From Candidatus Woesebacteria bacterium (GTDB lineage Bacteria; Patescibacteriota; Microgenomatia; UBA8517): a stretch of 64,000 nucleotides of DNA. The notes under the pieces were generated by a model, which saw only the letters and a list, made by a program, of their open reading frames with translations, ran no database searches and was not told where the DNA came from. Below, piece after piece: positions 1-10,496 of the stretch. The stretch covers positions 867,141-931,140 of the forward strand of contig CP065002.1 in assembly GCA_016700095.1 (NCBI GenBank). The letters run 5' to 3'. Made by a program: the position numbers and the translations under genes. Position 1 is the first letter of the stretch, and each line of letters begins with the position of its first letter.

Positions 1-1392
1 TTCGGATTTCTTTTCATAACCCAATTCTTCCACTTTGATTCTCGCGGTATCACCGGGATCAAATATATCCTGAACGTAACGCATCAACCACACTGTATTA
101 TAGGAAGCATCTAGATTTTCGAGATTAACCGTCTGCACTATTTTGTAATTACAGAGACTAAAAAATCCCTCGTTACACTGTTTATTGATATCAGTTTTTT
201 TACTTAAATAAAAGTTATAAGCTTCTTTCTGCGAGTCTTTCACAAATACAGTAGCTACTTTCCCCGAAGAGTTAAGTGATATGTAATCAACCGCACCTCG
301 CCAGTTCTCTCTTTGAAAACGAGTATTGGTTAGGTAGATAAGACTTGATGAGATATTAATAAATAATACTAAACAAATAGCGGCATATCCGAGCTTGGCT
401 TCTAGTTTACTAACACCCAGGCTAATAAGTAAATACAAAGCGGGTAGCACAAAAAGAAGCCTGAAGTACGAAAATACCGGGATCACCAGACCAATAATTG
501 AAGCAGTCAAAATAGGTATAAGTAGCCAGAACAGTAACGTTTTGCTCATTAAATCAATTTTCCGTATCTTAGGTAATGCATAAATTACAAGAGATGAATA
601 AACAATCCCGCAAAAAGCAGTAAGCGTGGCATACAAGTATTTGTTCTCAAAACTTATTCTTCCAAAAATAAATTTAGCAGGGAATATCGCAACTTCATGA
701 AAACTTGTTTTACCCAATATATTCCACCAACCTGGCGCGTTTTCTCGTACACTTAATCCCGATAGTAATTGCTTAATAAATAATGGAGCAAATACCGTGC
801 TTGCCAATCCAATTAAAATTAAAGTTACCGCAAATCGTTTAATATCCTTTCTGTCCCGTTTGATAAATACATAAATTACAAAAACCGGCAACATAAGAAA
901 ACTTAAGTAATGGGTAAATAATGCGAAAAAATATGCTATACCAAAACCGCGCCAATTTTTTGTAATAAGAAAATACACTGAAATTGATATTAAAAATGTT
1001 GCCAGAGAATACATTCTCGCTTCCTGTGAGTAGTAGATAAGTAATCCCGACGTCGCACTAAAACTACTTGCAATGATACCGACTTTTTTATTGGCTACTT
1101 TTTCACCAATTAAGTATGTTACAAAAACTATTCCCAGTGATGATATTAAAGAAATCATACGCAGTGACAACTCACTAACTCCAAACACCCCTACCCAAAA
1201 ATGCAAAACTAAATAATAAAATGGGGGGTGAAAATCGGAAGGTAAGAATTTGGTGAACAAGTCCGGCAAAGTATAAAATGTCGTAAGCACACTAGTTGCC
1301 TCATCAAGCCAAAGAGATTGGTTTATAGAAATTAGCCTTAATAATAAAGACAAAACGAGTATGAAAATTAATCCTATTCTATTTTTAAGCAT
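1..1392 (-). CDS. GT-C fold membrane glycosyltransferase, ArnT/PMT (GT39/PMT_2)-like. Partial: the C-terminus runs off the window start.
   Basis: Hand translation of the minus strand from ATG at 1392 gives MLKNRIGLIFILVLSLLLRLISINQSLWLDEATSV..., a short N-terminus, a TM helix, then a D-E pair, followed by many TM segments. No complete ORF is listed for 1..1429, so the reading frame is open to position 1. Confidence 0.6.
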   Translation of the reverse strand, partial: MLKNRIGLIFILVLSLLLRLISINQSLWLDEATSVLTTFYTLPDLFTKFLPSDFHPPFYYLVLHFWVGVFGVSELSLRMISLISSLGIVFVTYLIGEKVANKKVGIIASSFSATSGLLIYYSQEARMYSLATFLISISVYFLITKNWRGFGIAYFFALFTHYLSFLMLPVFVIYVFIKRDRKDIKRFAVTLILIGLASTVFAPLFIKQLLSGLSVRENAPGWWNILGKTSFHEVAIFPAKFIFGRISFENKYLYATLTAFCGIVYSSLVIYALPKIRKIDLMSKTLLFWLLIPILTASIIGLVIPVFSYFRLLFVLPALYLLISLGVSKLEAKLGYAAICLVLFINISSSLIYLTNTRFQRENWRGAVDYISLNSSGKVATVFVKDSQKEAYNFYLSKKTDINKQCNEGFFSLCNYKIVQTVNLENLDASYNTVWLMRYVQDIFDPGDTARIKVEELGYEKKSE

Positions 1393-1429
1393 TTACTTCA
1401 TGAACGTGTTGTGACTAGATCAGTCAACG

Positions 1430-2269
1430 TTATTTACCCATCTTTTTGAACAATACATACTCACAGATTCCCCAAAATACTCCAAGATCATAAACAATTT
1501 TAAATATCACGAAATTGATCGTCCTACTTTTAATAGACTTAACACAACCAACAACAAGGGAAACCGGCAACAAAGAGCGACTAAGTGCATATATTACTCC
1601 CAAAACGCCAAACTTATATTTTCTTTTACCAACCCATTTAGCTTGCGTAAATATTTCTGCCAGATTATCGGGATTTTCGTGGTAATATTTCGCTCCACTG
1701 ACAACCGACGCTTCGTAACCCAATTTGTCGCTAAGATAATCATCAGTATAATGCCCTCCGGGCAGAAATCCACCAACTCGGTCAAATTCCGACTTCAGGA
1801 GTGCTCTAAACACCTTTTGCTTGTCTGGATAATTTGTGGGGTGTCGTAGTTTTTGCGGCCAACCTTCATTAATATTCCAACACCGAGCCCATACATGTGA
1901 CCAATTGCTCACATATTCATTCTTACTAAAAGTTCCCTTTACTTTGTTTTGAACTATCGGTGTAACAAGATCGGTCAAGAATTTTTTATCAAACGTCATA
2001 TCCGCATCTAGAAAGACTAATATTTTCCCATTTGCTTTTTTTGCCCCCCAATTTCTTGCCATCCCCGGACCCTCATGGCGCTTTCTATAAATGTGTAGTT
2101 TGTAATTGTTAACCGTTACTTTATTGGCAATATCTACTGTTTTATCCTTCGATCCATCATCAACTACAATCACCTCAAAACGGTCAAAGTCTTGGTCGTC
2201 AAGCGAACGCAGGCATTTACTAATAACTTTTGCCTCATTAAAAGTCGGAATAACAATCGATACTTTCAT
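1430..2269 (-). CDS. GT2 (GT-A fold) glycosyltransferase
   Basis: N-terminal VSIVIPTFNEAKVI...VIVVDDGSKDKT...FLDADM (DXD) are hallmark GT2 motifs. 4-bp overlap with the upstream gene. Confidence 0.8.
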   Translation of the reverse strand: MKVSIVIPTFNEAKVISKCLRSLDDQDFDRFEVIVVDDGSKDKTVDIANKVTVNNYKLHIYRKRHEGPGMARNWGAKKANGKILVFLDADMTFDKKFLTDLVTPIVQNKVKGTFSKNEYVSNWSHVWARCWNINEGWPQKLRHPTNYPDKQKVFRALLKSEFDRVGGFLPGGHYTDDYLSDKLGYEASVVSGAKYYHENPDNLAEIFTQAKWVGKRKYKFGVLGVIYALSRSLLPVSLVVGCVKSIKSRTINFVIFKIVYDLGVFWGICEYVLFKKMGK

Positions 2270-3351
2270 ATGATTTTTATAAATAGTTTTTCGTATTCAC
2301 TAACTACAATGTCCCATGAATACCTCATCGCTTGGTTTCGAGACTTCTCTCCCCAATTTGTCTCCAGCGCTTTCGTTATTTCATGCGTAAAATCTTCTTT
2401 GTTTTCGGAATTAATAAATACTCCGGCATCACCTACAATTTCTCTGCGAATCGGATCATCAATAGTAACAATCGGGAGCCCACTTGCCATCGCTTCGACA
2501 AGTACAATACCAAACGCTTCCGACTCAAGGGGTACAAAAACAAATACATCTGCAGAACGATAAACCGACGGCATTGCCGAATGTTCAACCGAAACAAACT
2601 CAATTCGATCGCCAAGTTTTGCCCGACCCAACTTCGTCAGCTCATTTTTTAAATAGCCATTCCCCACTACAAGTAGTTGGTAATGATTGAGTCTGCTTAC
2701 ATTATCTATAACCAAATCAACGCGTTTGCATGGTACTAACGCATTTACAGTAAGTACAACAGGGTGCATCAAGGAGTGTTTATATTTTCTTCCTTGTGGT
2801 GAAAAACGCGCAAGATCAACACCGTTTGGAATATAAGTTGTTTTTACCAGAGGCATTGCCTTTTTTGCCCATACTTGGGCAAGTTTGGATATGGCAACAA
2901 AATAATCGGGAAAACTCCATAAGTTATTCCTATCGTCCCATCCAATTCCGGATTGCCCGGAGATAACCATTTTTGCACCGCTTAACCATGTCGCCAATCG
3001 CACCAGCGCGCATTGCCAGCCACCATTGAGCGGAAGAACAATATCATACTTATTCTTCATCAGTTTGGGGAATATTTTTAGAGTATGTATGGCAATTTTT
3101 CTACTCCAATAATCCATAAACCACCTACGTGCCAAAGTACCCGCCATATCTTTTTTATCCCAGTCTAATATTATTTCCGATTTGATAGTTTTGTAATTCA
3201 CTTTATTCTCTTTTGGTCCTGCTTGATACACAGTAACGTCATGCTTTTCACTCAATCTCTTTGCCAATTCATGTATAAACACTTCACCACCACGATTGAT
3301 TCCCCCAGAGAAAAAGCTTACAAATGCTATTTTTAATTTTTTCTTTTCCAT
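2266..3351 (-). CDS. GT4 (GT-B fold) glycosyltransferase
   Basis: C-terminal EAFGIVLVEAMASGLPIV motif (the E-x7-E region of GT4 retaining transferases). 361 aa. Confidence 0.8.
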   Translation of the reverse strand: MEKKKLKIAFVSFFSGGINRGGEVFIHELAKRLSEKHDVTVYQAGPKENKVNYKTIKSEIILDWDKKDMAGTLARRWFMDYWSRKIAIHTLKIFPKLMKNKYDIVLPLNGGWQCALVRLATWLSGAKMVISGQSGIGWDDRNNLWSFPDYFVAISKLAQVWAKKAMPLVKTTYIPNGVDLARFSPQGRKYKHSLMHPVVLTVNALVPCKRVDLVIDNVSRLNHYQLLVVGNGYLKNELTKLGRAKLGDRIEFVSVEHSAMPSVYRSADVFVFVPLESEAFGIVLVEAMASGLPIVTIDDPIRREIVGDAGVFINSENKEDFTHEITKALETNWGEKSRNQAMRYSWDIVVSEYEKLFIKII

Positions 3352-4724
3352 ATGCTTATATCTTCATCCATCATCCCACTTTCATTATAGTTTACCGTTA
3401 TCCATTTTGTTATTTCTTTTGGCTGATAAGTGCCCAAATCATACCAATTTCCACTTTTTGGTTGTGACCAAATGATAATTTCCGGAGGATTTAACTCCCA
3501 TGCGGCAATAGTGTTTTGTTGAACGTTGGGAATTTCCAAATACCAACCATAATTGTCTACCCACGGTTTTGGAGGTAAAGTTTTCGAGTACACATAAAGC
3601 GACGATGGTAATCCCATTAAGTAGACACTCTCTCCGTACGTAGACACATCACTAATACGATGCGCCAAATTAACGTCTTCGGTACCATAAAATCTAGTCT
3701 CTTTACCCCAATCGTTTGTTATTACTCGCGGGACAATTCCGATAACTAATAAGATACCGGAAATAAGCGCAATTCGTCTAACTTGCCTACTTCTATTTGA
3801 AAAATATGCGGTAAGAAGTATCAAAAAACACAAAGCCGCCTGGAAATGAAAAAACGAAAATCTTGGATAGACCGAAACGAAAGATCCACCGAGGAAAAAA
3901 AGTACAAGCATAATTGTTCGATCTTTGATAATTATATTTCTTGCCTTCACTACTCCAAATACCACAGGGAAAGACAGCAAGGTTAAAATTAGAATATCCT
4001 GGTTTCGCAGTTGCATTTGAACATAGCCGGGAAATTTACTCCAAAACGTGAACGGGTACCATACTACCCAATTTACAAAATATGCCAAGGATCCTTCGAT
4101 GGAAAGTTTAGTCAACAAAATGAAACCAAAGTAGAAAGGTGGAAAAAAAGACGACAGGATAGCTTTCTTGTTTCGCGAATAAACTACGATAAACAATAAG
4201 AATACAATTAAAAATAAACCGGCTGTTTGTTTAATTAAACACGCAATTGAGATAAAACTACTCGCAAGTGCGAAATCGGTCCACCGGGCACTTCCGGTAA
4301 GCGATCGTATTCCGAAATATGTTCCGGCAAGCAAAAATGGCACAAATGCCAAATCGAACCATAGCATATTACCGTCAAGGAAAGGTTGTAGTAAAACGTA
4401 ATAAAGAAGTGCCAACAACGAAATATGTTTATTACCGGTAAGCTTCGAGGCTATTAAATAGACATATAAATCGATAAATATAATAAATATCCAGGTTAAC
4501 AACTTTAAGGCAAAAACATTGTAACCCCATAATGAATACCACAAAGATAACATTCCCGTCAGCATTGGCGGGTATGGATGAATCATGTCCCCAAAAAGTG
4601 CAAATCCGTTATCAAATAAATATGGATATGCTAGCATTTCTGGCCATGCAGTAAATTTCAGACTACCAAGAAAAAACACATGAAGCGAAATTAGTAGTAG
4701 TAGGCCGACAATTGTTTTCTTCAC
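3333..4724 (-). CDS. Polytopic membrane protein, putative GT-C glycosyltransferase (PMT_2/DUF2029-like), with an extracytoplasmic C-terminal domain
   Basis: About 10 predicted TM helices followed by a roughly 130-aa hydrophilic W/Y-rich C-terminus. Sits in an operon with GT2/GT4 genes. No clear DE motif, so the family is uncertain. Confidence 0.45.
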   Translation of the reverse strand: MKKTIVGLLLLISLHVFFLGSLKFTAWPEMLAYPYLFDNGFALFGDMIHPYPPMLTGMLSLWYSLWGYNVFALKLLTWIFIIFIDLYVYLIASKLTGNKHISLLALLYYVLLQPFLDGNMLWFDLAFVPFLLAGTYFGIRSLTGSARWTDFALASSFISIACLIKQTAGLFLIVFLLFIVVYSRNKKAILSSFFPPFYFGFILLTKLSIEGSLAYFVNWVVWYPFTFWSKFPGYVQMQLRNQDILILTLLSFPVVFGVVKARNIIIKDRTIMLVLFFLGGSFVSVYPRFSFFHFQAALCFLILLTAYFSNRSRQVRRIALISGILLVIGIVPRVITNDWGKETRFYGTEDVNLAHRISDVSTYGESVYLMGLPSSLYVYSKTLPPKPWVDNYGWYLEIPNVQQNTIAAWELNPPEIIIWSQPKSGNWYDLGTYQPKEITKWITVNYNESGMMDEDISIWKRKN

Positions 4725-4733
4725 ACTTATATT

Positions 4734-5564
4734 CTACTTCTTAATACCGATAACAGCCAGGCTAGAACCACGTTTCGCGCAAGTTGTTATTAAATTGAAA
4801 GGCGCATAAACAATATTTTTGAAAAAGGCTTTTCTAAGGTTTACTAAATTAAATTTCATTAATGCACCTATACTTGCAACGTCAAAGATCCCCGACCATG
4901 AACCCCACCACACTATTTCAAATCCAGCTTTTCTGATAATCATTTTTAAGGTATTTGGTGTGAAGTGGTGAACGTGTTCATTGGGCATGAGATATCCCCA
5001 ATTATTACCCCGTATCTTTGCATCAAAACCACCGAAATTGGGAACATCGATATAAACCAAACCTTTTATTTTTAAAACCGCATAAATTTTTTTGACAACC
5101 GCGACAGGATCTTCAACATGCTCGAAGGTATGATTCATAATGACAACGTCGAAATAATTTAGGGGAAGTTTTGCTTTTTCGAAAGTCGAATTGGTTGTTT
5201 TAATTCCTTTTTTGTTCGCATATTTAAAAGACGCCGATGGTTCGACTCCCCACACCTGCCAACCATGATCTTTAAATATTGATAGCATTGTACCGGTTGA
5301 AGATCCGATATCTAAAATTTTTCCTTTCTTTTTGTATCTTGATATTGTTTGAAAGCGACGTATAAAAATATTTTTAAACAATTCTTCGTCACTTCGATAC
5401 TCTTTGTCATCGCGATGATAATTATCGTATTTTTCGAAATCGCGACAGTTAGTGCGCACTAAACCACATTCCAAACACTCTACAATGTCTTTTCCATTAA
5501 CTTCGAATAAATGTTTATACTTGTCCGATTTACAATATTTACATGTCATATTAATAACCAACAC
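4734..5564 (-). CDS. Class I SAM-dependent methyltransferase with an N-terminal CxxC...CxxC zinc ribbon
   Basis: CKYCKS...CLECG zinc ribbon, then motif I ILDIGSSTGTM and motif II VVIMNHTFEHV. Confidence 0.7.
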   Translation of the reverse strand: MLVINMTCKYCKSDKYKHLFEVNGKDIVECLECGLVRTNCRDFEKYDNYHRDDKEYRSDEELFKNIFIRRFQTISRYKKKGKILDIGSSTGTMLSIFKDHGWQVWGVEPSASFKYANKKGIKTTNSTFEKAKLPLNYFDVVIMNHTFEHVEDPVAVVKKIYAVLKIKGLVYIDVPNFGGFDAKIRGNNWGYLMPNEHVHHFTPNTLKMIIRKAGFEIVWWGSWSGIFDVASIGALMKFNLVNLRKAFFKNIVYAPFNLITTCAKRGSSLAVIGIKK

Positions 5565-6396
5565 CGGGAGTCAGGAGTTTTCTTTTAATTTTTTTAAGCG
5601 GTGTTTCAAATACAGCTCTTTTTTTGAATGAAGTTTTCATTATGCACCAAGGTGATCTAACAAAAGATGGTCGTTCTCTGAAAAAACTTTCCGGGTAATA
5701 GTAATTTTTTGCTACTTCAATTCCCATTTCATACTTTAGTTTTTTCTTACGTTTTGGTACCAACAAATCACCTTTGTCACCATGTGATCTTTGCAAAAAA
5801 GTCATATGCATATAGGGGGCGTGTATAAATTTGATTTTACGCGCAGATCTGTCCTGAATCATCTTCTTGTCCTTATCCGACCAACCCCATGTACCATGTG
5901 GATTTGTCGACGATAGACCGGGAATCATTCTGTTTATTCCCCTTAATCCCAAATGACCCTTTTTCCCCGCAATTTGATAATTGCCAGCGCTTTCATCCTG
6001 GTAATGAAAGATATCTCCTACCATATTTATACTGGGAACAAACACTGACTCGTACGTGAGTCCTCGTACTTGTCTTATGAAATCCGTAATGTCGCGTATT
6101 GATTTTTCCCACCATACTTCATCTGCATCCACAACCATAAACCAATCCGTATTTGTCGCACTTAACATGTCGGCTCGAACCTCTCTGAATTGTTCCGGAT
6201 TAACTTCGCCAACTAATTTTAGATCGATTTTATTAGGATAACGGTGTTTCAACTCTTTAGCAATTAACACACTATCATCCGTACTCCCCGTATCCCACAA
6301 CAACAACTTGTCAACGTAATCAATTACGCTTTGTACCGAATACCACAGAAAACGGTCTTCATTTTTAAATAAAGTATGTACTGATATGGTGTTCAC
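5551..6396 (-). CDS. GT-A-like glycosyltransferase (DXD-containing), family uncertain
   Basis: TLFKNEDRFL...LLWDTGSTDDS...FMVVDADEVWW matches the GT-A nucleotide-sugar binding layout. Confidence 0.5.
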   Translation of the reverse strand: MNTISVHTLFKNEDRFLWYSVQSVIDYVDKLLLWDTGSTDDSVLIAKELKHRYPNKIDLKLVGEVNPEQFREVRADMLSATNTDWFMVVDADEVWWEKSIRDITDFIRQVRGLTYESVFVPSINMVGDIFHYQDESAGNYQIAGKKGHLGLRGINRMIPGLSSTNPHGTWGWSDKDKKMIQDRSARKIKFIHAPYMHMTFLQRSHGDKGDLLVPKRKKKLKYEMGIEVAKNYYYPESFFRERPSFVRSPWCIMKTSFKKRAVFETPLKKIKRKLLTPGVGY

Positions 6397-7697
6397 TTTG
6401 ATTTATTAAACTCGTAAATTACACATACATAAGTTGCGATAAACAAAAATAAATTACTTAATCCTCCAACTATTACCGGAGCAAAAACACCTCGTGTCGG
6501 CGTTAGATATATGATGCCCAAAATTACAAACGGCAGCTGAATAAAGGTAAGCAAAGTAATGAGTTTAGGCTTCGAAAAAGCGTATATTAACAAATTAACA
6601 GACGGCACCGACAACATAAAAGGAATAGATCCGGCAATAAGCCATTTTAATAAACCACTTGCAACACTGTACTTGTCACCAAAAAACGCTATCACATACG
6701 GAGATACTACGATTCCCGCAAGCAGACCAAAACACATGAGTACAGTCAACCATACAGTCTTCATGAAATATTTTTTTAAGTCATTACTTTTCAAACTGGC
6801 ATATCTCGGAGCTAACACTCTCGCAAAACTTCCGGCAAGAAGCGGAATTCCAAACGACAATTGTCTTGCGGCAGAAAATATCCCTGTTTGGTAGGGCGTC
6901 AAAACTTGCAGTAATAAAATCGTATCAATTCGCCCATTTACGGCACCAGCGATACGTGACAACGCCATCCAAGAAGAAAAGTTAACAAACCCCTTCTCGA
7001 TATTTTTATAATTAATACGAAAAACTACCTGTGTTTTTTGCCAAAAGAAAGCAATAATAAAGGAAATAATATAGCTACCTGCATATACCATCATCGTATT
7101 TATTAACGTCAAGCCAAAGAATGACGACATCATTAAAGTTAGTGCAAGTCTGATTCCACCAATCAACATACTCAAAAGTGCTGATAATCCAAAATTTTTC
7201 TGCGATTGAAAAACTTGTATTTGAAAATCGACAATTAGAAAACCTGCAATCGCCAAGGCCGAAAACACGGTAAGCATCTTTTCTTCTGACTTTAAAACAA
7301 ATGATGAAATAACAGGCGACAACAAAGTAAGCACGACGATAAAAATACAAGCCGAAATAATACGTATTGCAAATACCGTATTTAGAGTTTCTTGTGCTTT
7401 GTCAAACTTTTTTTCTTTCAAATAGTTGGAGACATATCTAAACAAAGTTGATCCCAAACCCATATCACCTATCGCTATCATTATCGCAATGAAACTTAAT
7501 GCAGCGGAAATAATACCGAAAAGTTCAGGTCCCAGTTCTCGTCCGGCAAGTATCGTAAACATAATCGTAAATAATGATGCAATTATGCTCCCCATAAAAA
7601 GAACAGCTGTATCTTTAAAAGTATTTGAGAGAATGATGTTTCTAATTTTTGTTATCATGTTGAACTTTTTTTTCAGGACTAAACCAAAGCGCGACAA
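6393..7697 (-). CDS. Wzx-like oligosaccharide/polysaccharide flippase (MOP superfamily)
   Basis: 434 aa with about 12 TM helices. The N-terminal region with K/R-rich loops is typical of the polysaccharide biosynthesis protein (Wzx) family. Sits inside the glycosylation operon. Confidence 0.6.
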   Translation of the reverse strand: MSRFGLVLKKKFNMITKIRNIILSNTFKDTAVLFMGSIIASLFTIMFTILAGRELGPELFGIISAALSFIAIMIAIGDMGLGSTLFRYVSNYLKEKKFDKAQETLNTVFAIRIISACIFIVVLTLLSPVISSFVLKSEEKMLTVFSALAIAGFLIVDFQIQVFQSQKNFGLSALLSMLIGGIRLALTLMMSSFFGLTLINTMMVYAGSYIISFIIAFFWQKTQVVFRINYKNIEKGFVNFSSWMALSRIAGAVNGRIDTILLLQVLTPYQTGIFSAARQLSFGIPLLAGSFARVLAPRYASLKSNDLKKYFMKTVWLTVLMCFGLLAGIVVSPYVIAFFGDKYSVASGLLKWLIAGSIPFMLSVPSVNLLIYAFSKPKLITLLTFIQLPFVILGIIYLTPTRGVFAPVIVGGLSNLFLFIATYVCVIYEFNKSK

Positions 7698-10350
7698 TGG
7701 CTATAACAACAAGAGACAATGTCGTGTAATACAAACCCCATCTTACATACACTTGTGGTCCGAATTCCAGTTTATATGGAGAGTTTGATGGTTTTATATA
7801 AAAAGCATTTACCATGGAATACGCTGGGATGCTTAATGACGTACTTTGTAAATATGTAATTCTCCAACCGGGATGGAATGCGTCGGTAAATACAATCCAT
7901 CCGTTTTCTTTTTGTGGACTTAACTCATACACAGTCGGGTTTTTCTTTTCAAATTCTAGATTGCTAGATGCGGGTGGTTTATCATTTGTATCATCAGCAT
8001 ACACACGCACACCAAAGTGAGCCATGTAAGTCGAGGAATGGTTTTTTGCTTTATTCCATTCATCGGCGGTAATAAGTGCGACTGTATTAACAGAATTTAT
8101 TCCACCTAGATTTGTAATCGTAAGTTTATTGTCACCATCAAATAGTTTAATGCCTTGTGTGAACCATCTGAATTGCGTCTCACCACTATCTTTATTAAAA
8201 GCTTCACTTACAATCTCACCTTGTTCATTGCCTATTTCATATCTTAATTTCGAATCCATGCCCCCCAAACTTCGTATCGCAAGAATATAACTGGCATCCT
8301 GTACTTCGCCAAAATTAACGACAATTTTTTCACCAATTTTTTCTGAGAGAAATGATCCCAGACGATAATCAAAAGTTTTTGTTTTAATGCCTCGAATTAA
8401 TAACTGGTATTTAAAATCTAAATATTTATCATTATTAAAATACGCCCATTCACTCGCAAATTTTTTAGGGTCAACATAATCCTTTTGTAGAAAAGTCATT
8501 GTAAAATCATCCTCGTTGGTTCCATTAAAAATAATGGTTGCGCTTTCTGAAGCAATTTTATCCAGCAAAAGCGGATTCCACAGACCGTCTTCGAAATACG
8601 CGTTGATTTTGTTAGGCAAACCATCATCGCCAAACTCGGTTTCAATCTCAGGTCCGACTACAGCCAGTAGTTCATCCGCCTTAAATATTCTTGGTACACT
8701 ATTATCAATTTTATAAAAGGAAATATCGTTACTGTCGCGTTCTTTTTTCAACTCAGTATTATTGTTTAGTGCCATTTGCAATCTGTTCCAATCTTTTTGT
8801 TCTTCTCCATTTAACTTATATGGATTTCTGTGATCTTTGGATAATACAAGATACTTAATTCCCAACAATCGATACCAAGCTATATATTTATCGGTTTGAT
8901 AAATGTAATTATATTTATCTGAACTTCCAACAGTCAGATTAGCCAGAGGTCGAAGATTAGGCATATCACTTGCATTTAAAGCTGGGTTGTTCTCGGTTTC
9001 AAAGGTCGAAGGATGTTTGTCCGGGAACCAGAGTGAGCGATAATATTCATGATCCTCACTTAATATGGTGTTTATTTCACTTAGTTCATCGGGGTAATTT
9101 CTTATCGACAAAACAAAATTCATATTCCCGAGCATCGCCGGCGCTACCAGGAAGAGTAGATAAATATACGCAAATAAAGTAATACTTTTACCAAGAAGCG
9201 TATGTTTTGACAACTTGTCGCAAATTGTAGTTAGAAAACTACCCATTGAAATTCCCGCAAGTAACATTACCGGAACAAAAAATTTACTGTTATCTCGAAA
9301 CGACTCACCAAACGGTAAATTCGTTACTGCAAACGAGTATATATTTCCCATTGGCGGAGTTGCCCCCTTAAGTAAGAAAATCAAAAATAGCAAGATAAGA
9401 ATGATTTTAAGTTCACGCTTATCTTTACTGCTAAACAAATTTCCAAAAACCGTAACAGGAATTAGTAAAAAATACCATGCAGGGTACGTGATTTCGCCAA
9501 AGATATTTTTATACCAATGAGGCTGATAGAAAAATATGCCGTTCACAAACGAAATAAAATTCAAATTGGTGACAAAGGAAGCTGAATTTTCAGGATGAAT
9601 TTTTACTAAAGGAATTATCCAATACGAATTAATACATATCCAAGGCAACACAATTAACAATAGATTTTTTATTATCAAACGCCATTTACCGGGTGCTTCG
9701 ATAAAACCCACAAGTAATGCAACAAAAAGAGCAATCAATGCGATCCGTGGATCGGCAATCGTATTTAGAGTGAGAACAAAAAGAGCAAGGAAATATTTTT
9801 TCGGGGATAATTTGGAAATAACGTTGGTTAGTGTCAGTATCGTGAATGGAAATATTCCATAAGAAAGTGCAACACCAACCTGACCACCATCAATTAGTAG
9901 TATGAAATATGTATTTAGTGTGTAAAACAACGAAGCAAAAAACCATACCAACGGTGGATACTTTAATTTTTTTGCAAGATAAATAGGCCCAATAAGTGAA
10001 AGGATGATTGCTGGGAAGAAAAATAATAAGTTAATGATTATATTGTTGGGCAAACCGAGGTATTTACCCATAATTCCATAGAGCATTAGGATTGGTTTAA
10101 TAAAAAGCCTCGGATCGATTGTTCCTAAATTACCATCTCTGTTTATCCAGGAATACGGTTCACTGAAAAGATCGGTAAACTCACGATTCGTAAAGTTGGG
10201 TGCATCACCCCACGACAAATCGGTGTGAATAATGAGGGGATAGAAAACGATAATAACAGGAATAAGTAAACCAATAATAAAAAACGCTACATCGGCGACC
10301 TTATAAGTCCCTGGTATATTAATGCGAATCTTGTCAGTTTTCTTTTGCAT
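7642..10350 (-). CDS. Giant polytopic membrane protein (902 aa), putative GT-C glycosyltransferase (AftD/YfhO-like architecture) with a large extracytoplasmic C-terminal domain
   Basis: About 14 TM helices in the first 420 aa, then a roughly 480-aa soluble region. The N-terminal loop carries a WGDAPNF...D-rich motif. Confidence 0.45.
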   Translation of the reverse strand: MQKKTDKIRINIPGTYKVADVAFFIIGLLIPVIIVFYPLIIHTDLSWGDAPNFTNREFTDLFSEPYSWINRDGNLGTIDPRLFIKPILMLYGIMGKYLGLPNNIIINLLFFFPAIILSLIGPIYLAKKLKYPPLVWFFASLFYTLNTYFILLIDGGQVGVALSYGIFPFTILTLTNVISKLSPKKYFLALFVLTLNTIADPRIALIALFVALLVGFIEAPGKWRLIIKNLLLIVLPWICINSYWIIPLVKIHPENSASFVTNLNFISFVNGIFFYQPHWYKNIFGEITYPAWYFLLIPVTVFGNLFSSKDKRELKIILILLFLIFLLKGATPPMGNIYSFAVTNLPFGESFRDNSKFFVPVMLLAGISMGSFLTTICDKLSKHTLLGKSITLFAYIYLLFLVAPAMLGNMNFVLSIRNYPDELSEINTILSEDHEYYRSLWFPDKHPSTFETENNPALNASDMPNLRPLANLTVGSSDKYNYIYQTDKYIAWYRLLGIKYLVLSKDHRNPYKLNGEEQKDWNRLQMALNNNTELKKERDSNDISFYKIDNSVPRIFKADELLAVVGPEIETEFGDDGLPNKINAYFEDGLWNPLLLDKIASESATIIFNGTNEDDFTMTFLQKDYVDPKKFASEWAYFNNDKYLDFKYQLLIRGIKTKTFDYRLGSFLSEKIGEKIVVNFGEVQDASYILAIRSLGGMDSKLRYEIGNEQGEIVSEAFNKDSGETQFRWFTQGIKLFDGDNKLTITNLGGINSVNTVALITADEWNKAKNHSSTYMAHFGVRVYADDTNDKPPASSNLEFEKKNPTVYELSPQKENGWIVFTDAFHPGWRITYLQSTSLSIPAYSMVNAFYIKPSNSPYKLEFGPQVYVRWGLYYTTLSLVVIAIVALWFSPEKKVQHDNKN

Positions 10351-10496
10351 GTAATGTTAATTTATAAATTGTTAATCCAAGCAAACCAAGGTAGAGGTAT
10401 TTTGATAATTGAATTGCCCGACCGGGGTGATGTGTGGCAAGAAAAAAACAAACTATAAATAGAATTACCGATGTTATACTTACTAATACACGTTTC
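10351..10496. promoter_or_regulatory. Divergent intergenic region between the 902-aa GT-C gene (minus) and the YfhO/GT39 pair (plus). Presumed bidirectional promoter.
   Basis: This is the only strand switch to plus for multi-gene transcription in the first 30 kb. AT-rich with TATAAT-like hexamers. No experimental support. Confidence 0.3.

Noticed and set aside
2192-2690. Several plus-strand ORFs of 60-123 aa (2192..2563, 2332..2652, 2484..2690), and many similar short ORFs throughout the track, such as 395..583, 1643..1849, 6559..6894, 9215..9520 and 52306..52878
   Set aside because: They lie entirely inside long, well-supported genes on the opposite strand. They have low-complexity or biased composition and no recognisable motifs. 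They are shadow ORFs typical of AT-rich DNA.
10434-10496. ORF-track start of the YfhO-family gene at 10434
   Set aside because: The codon at 10434 is GTG, not ATG, and adds a hydrophilic 21-aa extension. In-frame ATGs at 10497 and 10536, just before the first TM helix, are more plausible starts. I kept the gene but moved the start.
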